From NCBI RefSeq assembly GCF_018350175.1, contig NC_058380.1, positions 55,552,001 to 55,616,000 on the forward strand: 64,000 bases of DNA, written 5' to 3'. A program made the position numbers and the translations under genes. Position 1 is the stretch's first letter; every line of letters begins with the position of its first letter. Shown here piece after piece: positions 63,190 to 64,000 of this stretch. The notes beneath the pieces were generated by a model. The model worked only from the letters and a program-made list of their open reading frames with translations. It was not told the DNA's origin and ran no database searches. The stretch comes from Felis catus (taxonomy: Eukaryota).

Positions 63190-63430
63190 CAGTGGCATAC
63201 TAAATGGGGACCCGTGGAAGCAGTGCTCCCTGGGGACAAGCGATAAGGGTGCATCAACAGCAGAGAATTTAAAAACAATAATACTGACTAAAATACTACT
63301 TTAGTCAGTAGACTAAAGTAGTCAGAAAACTAAAAGTCTTCTCATTGCCATCAGCAGTAATTCTAAACAATGTTGGTAATAAAATACTTCCCCCAGATGG
63401 GGTGTGCCATTCCCACTGTCCCTCTCCCCA
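63190..63430. mobile_element. hAT-Tip100 relic (ORSL-like)
   Basis: agagaatttaaaaacaataa...aattctaaacaatgt...taaaatact resembles the consensus as I recall it. Confidence 0.55.
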
Positions 63431-64000
63431 CACCATTTTTCCCAACTCCAGATTCACCCCCGAATTCTAGACTATCAGATTCACATTATTTCTTAGATCA
63501 TAAGACAATTTAAATTCCTTTGGAGAATTTATAGGTCCTCTTAGGACATCTTTTTCTGATTTTCTACCTCAGAGCATATCTGAAACATTAACCAATTCCT
63601 AGTAGAGTACTTGATTTATTTGTTACCCATTCATTCTTTCATTCATTCATCAACAGCCATGGAAACCCTACCAAGTGTGAGGTGCCTTGATGTGCCATGG
63701 AGAAAAAGTCACAGTCCCAGAGCTGGATGGCTTACATGCCACATACAGAAGCTGGTGAGTAAAATAAGAAGGTACAATGCAGATATGAGAAATAATAAGC
63801 ACAGAAGCCTGTGGGAGTTGAGAAGAGGTGGCATCAAGGACGCCTTCCTGGAGGAAGGGACATCTAACAACTGAGAGGTGAGAAGGAGTTAGCCAATTAA
63901 AAGAAGTGTGAGGCAGAAAGGATAGCACACCCCCCCCCGCACCCCACTTCCCCCACCCCGCCCCCAGAAGAGACAACCCAGGCAAAGGTCCAGAGAGAGC

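Noticed and set aside
62000-64000. Possible AQP3 3' end expected from synteny
   Set aside because: No aquaporin-like coding sequence or recognisable AQP3 terminal exon in the window
1-64000. tRNA genes, CRISPR arrays or prokaryotic/viral systems
   Set aside because: tRNA-like A/B boxes all belong to SINE heads; no repeat-spacer array, operon or retroviral ORF was seen

Overview
Mammalian genomic DNA, almost certainly a felid: it is dense in carnivore Can-SINEs, including three young SINEC_Fc-type copies with target-site duplications, and has four sized N gaps. The + strand (1331-18651) carries the last 11 coding exons of NFX1: Cys/His NF-X1 zinc fingers, the R3H domain and the C-terminus ...IDYFDVQD*. 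All exons have GT-AG junctions and splice into one continuous frame. The - strand (about 31200-46360) carries a complete, intact aquaglyceroporin AQP7: non-coding exon 1, seven coding exons, 339 aa, NAA/NPS boxes and a proximal PPRE-like DR1. The two genes are convergent. The last ~17 kb is intergenic sequence upstream of AQP7 (towards AQP3 by known synteny; no AQP3 exon is seen), made of SINEs, L1/L2/MIR fragments, DNA-transposon relics, microsatellites and a candidate NF-kB/NRF2 enhancer. I found no wholly new gene system. The best leads are NFX1 isoform features, lineage-specific AQP7 changes and unusual rearrangement scars in repeats. Repeat subfamily names and cross-species comparisons are from memory and need database confirmation.
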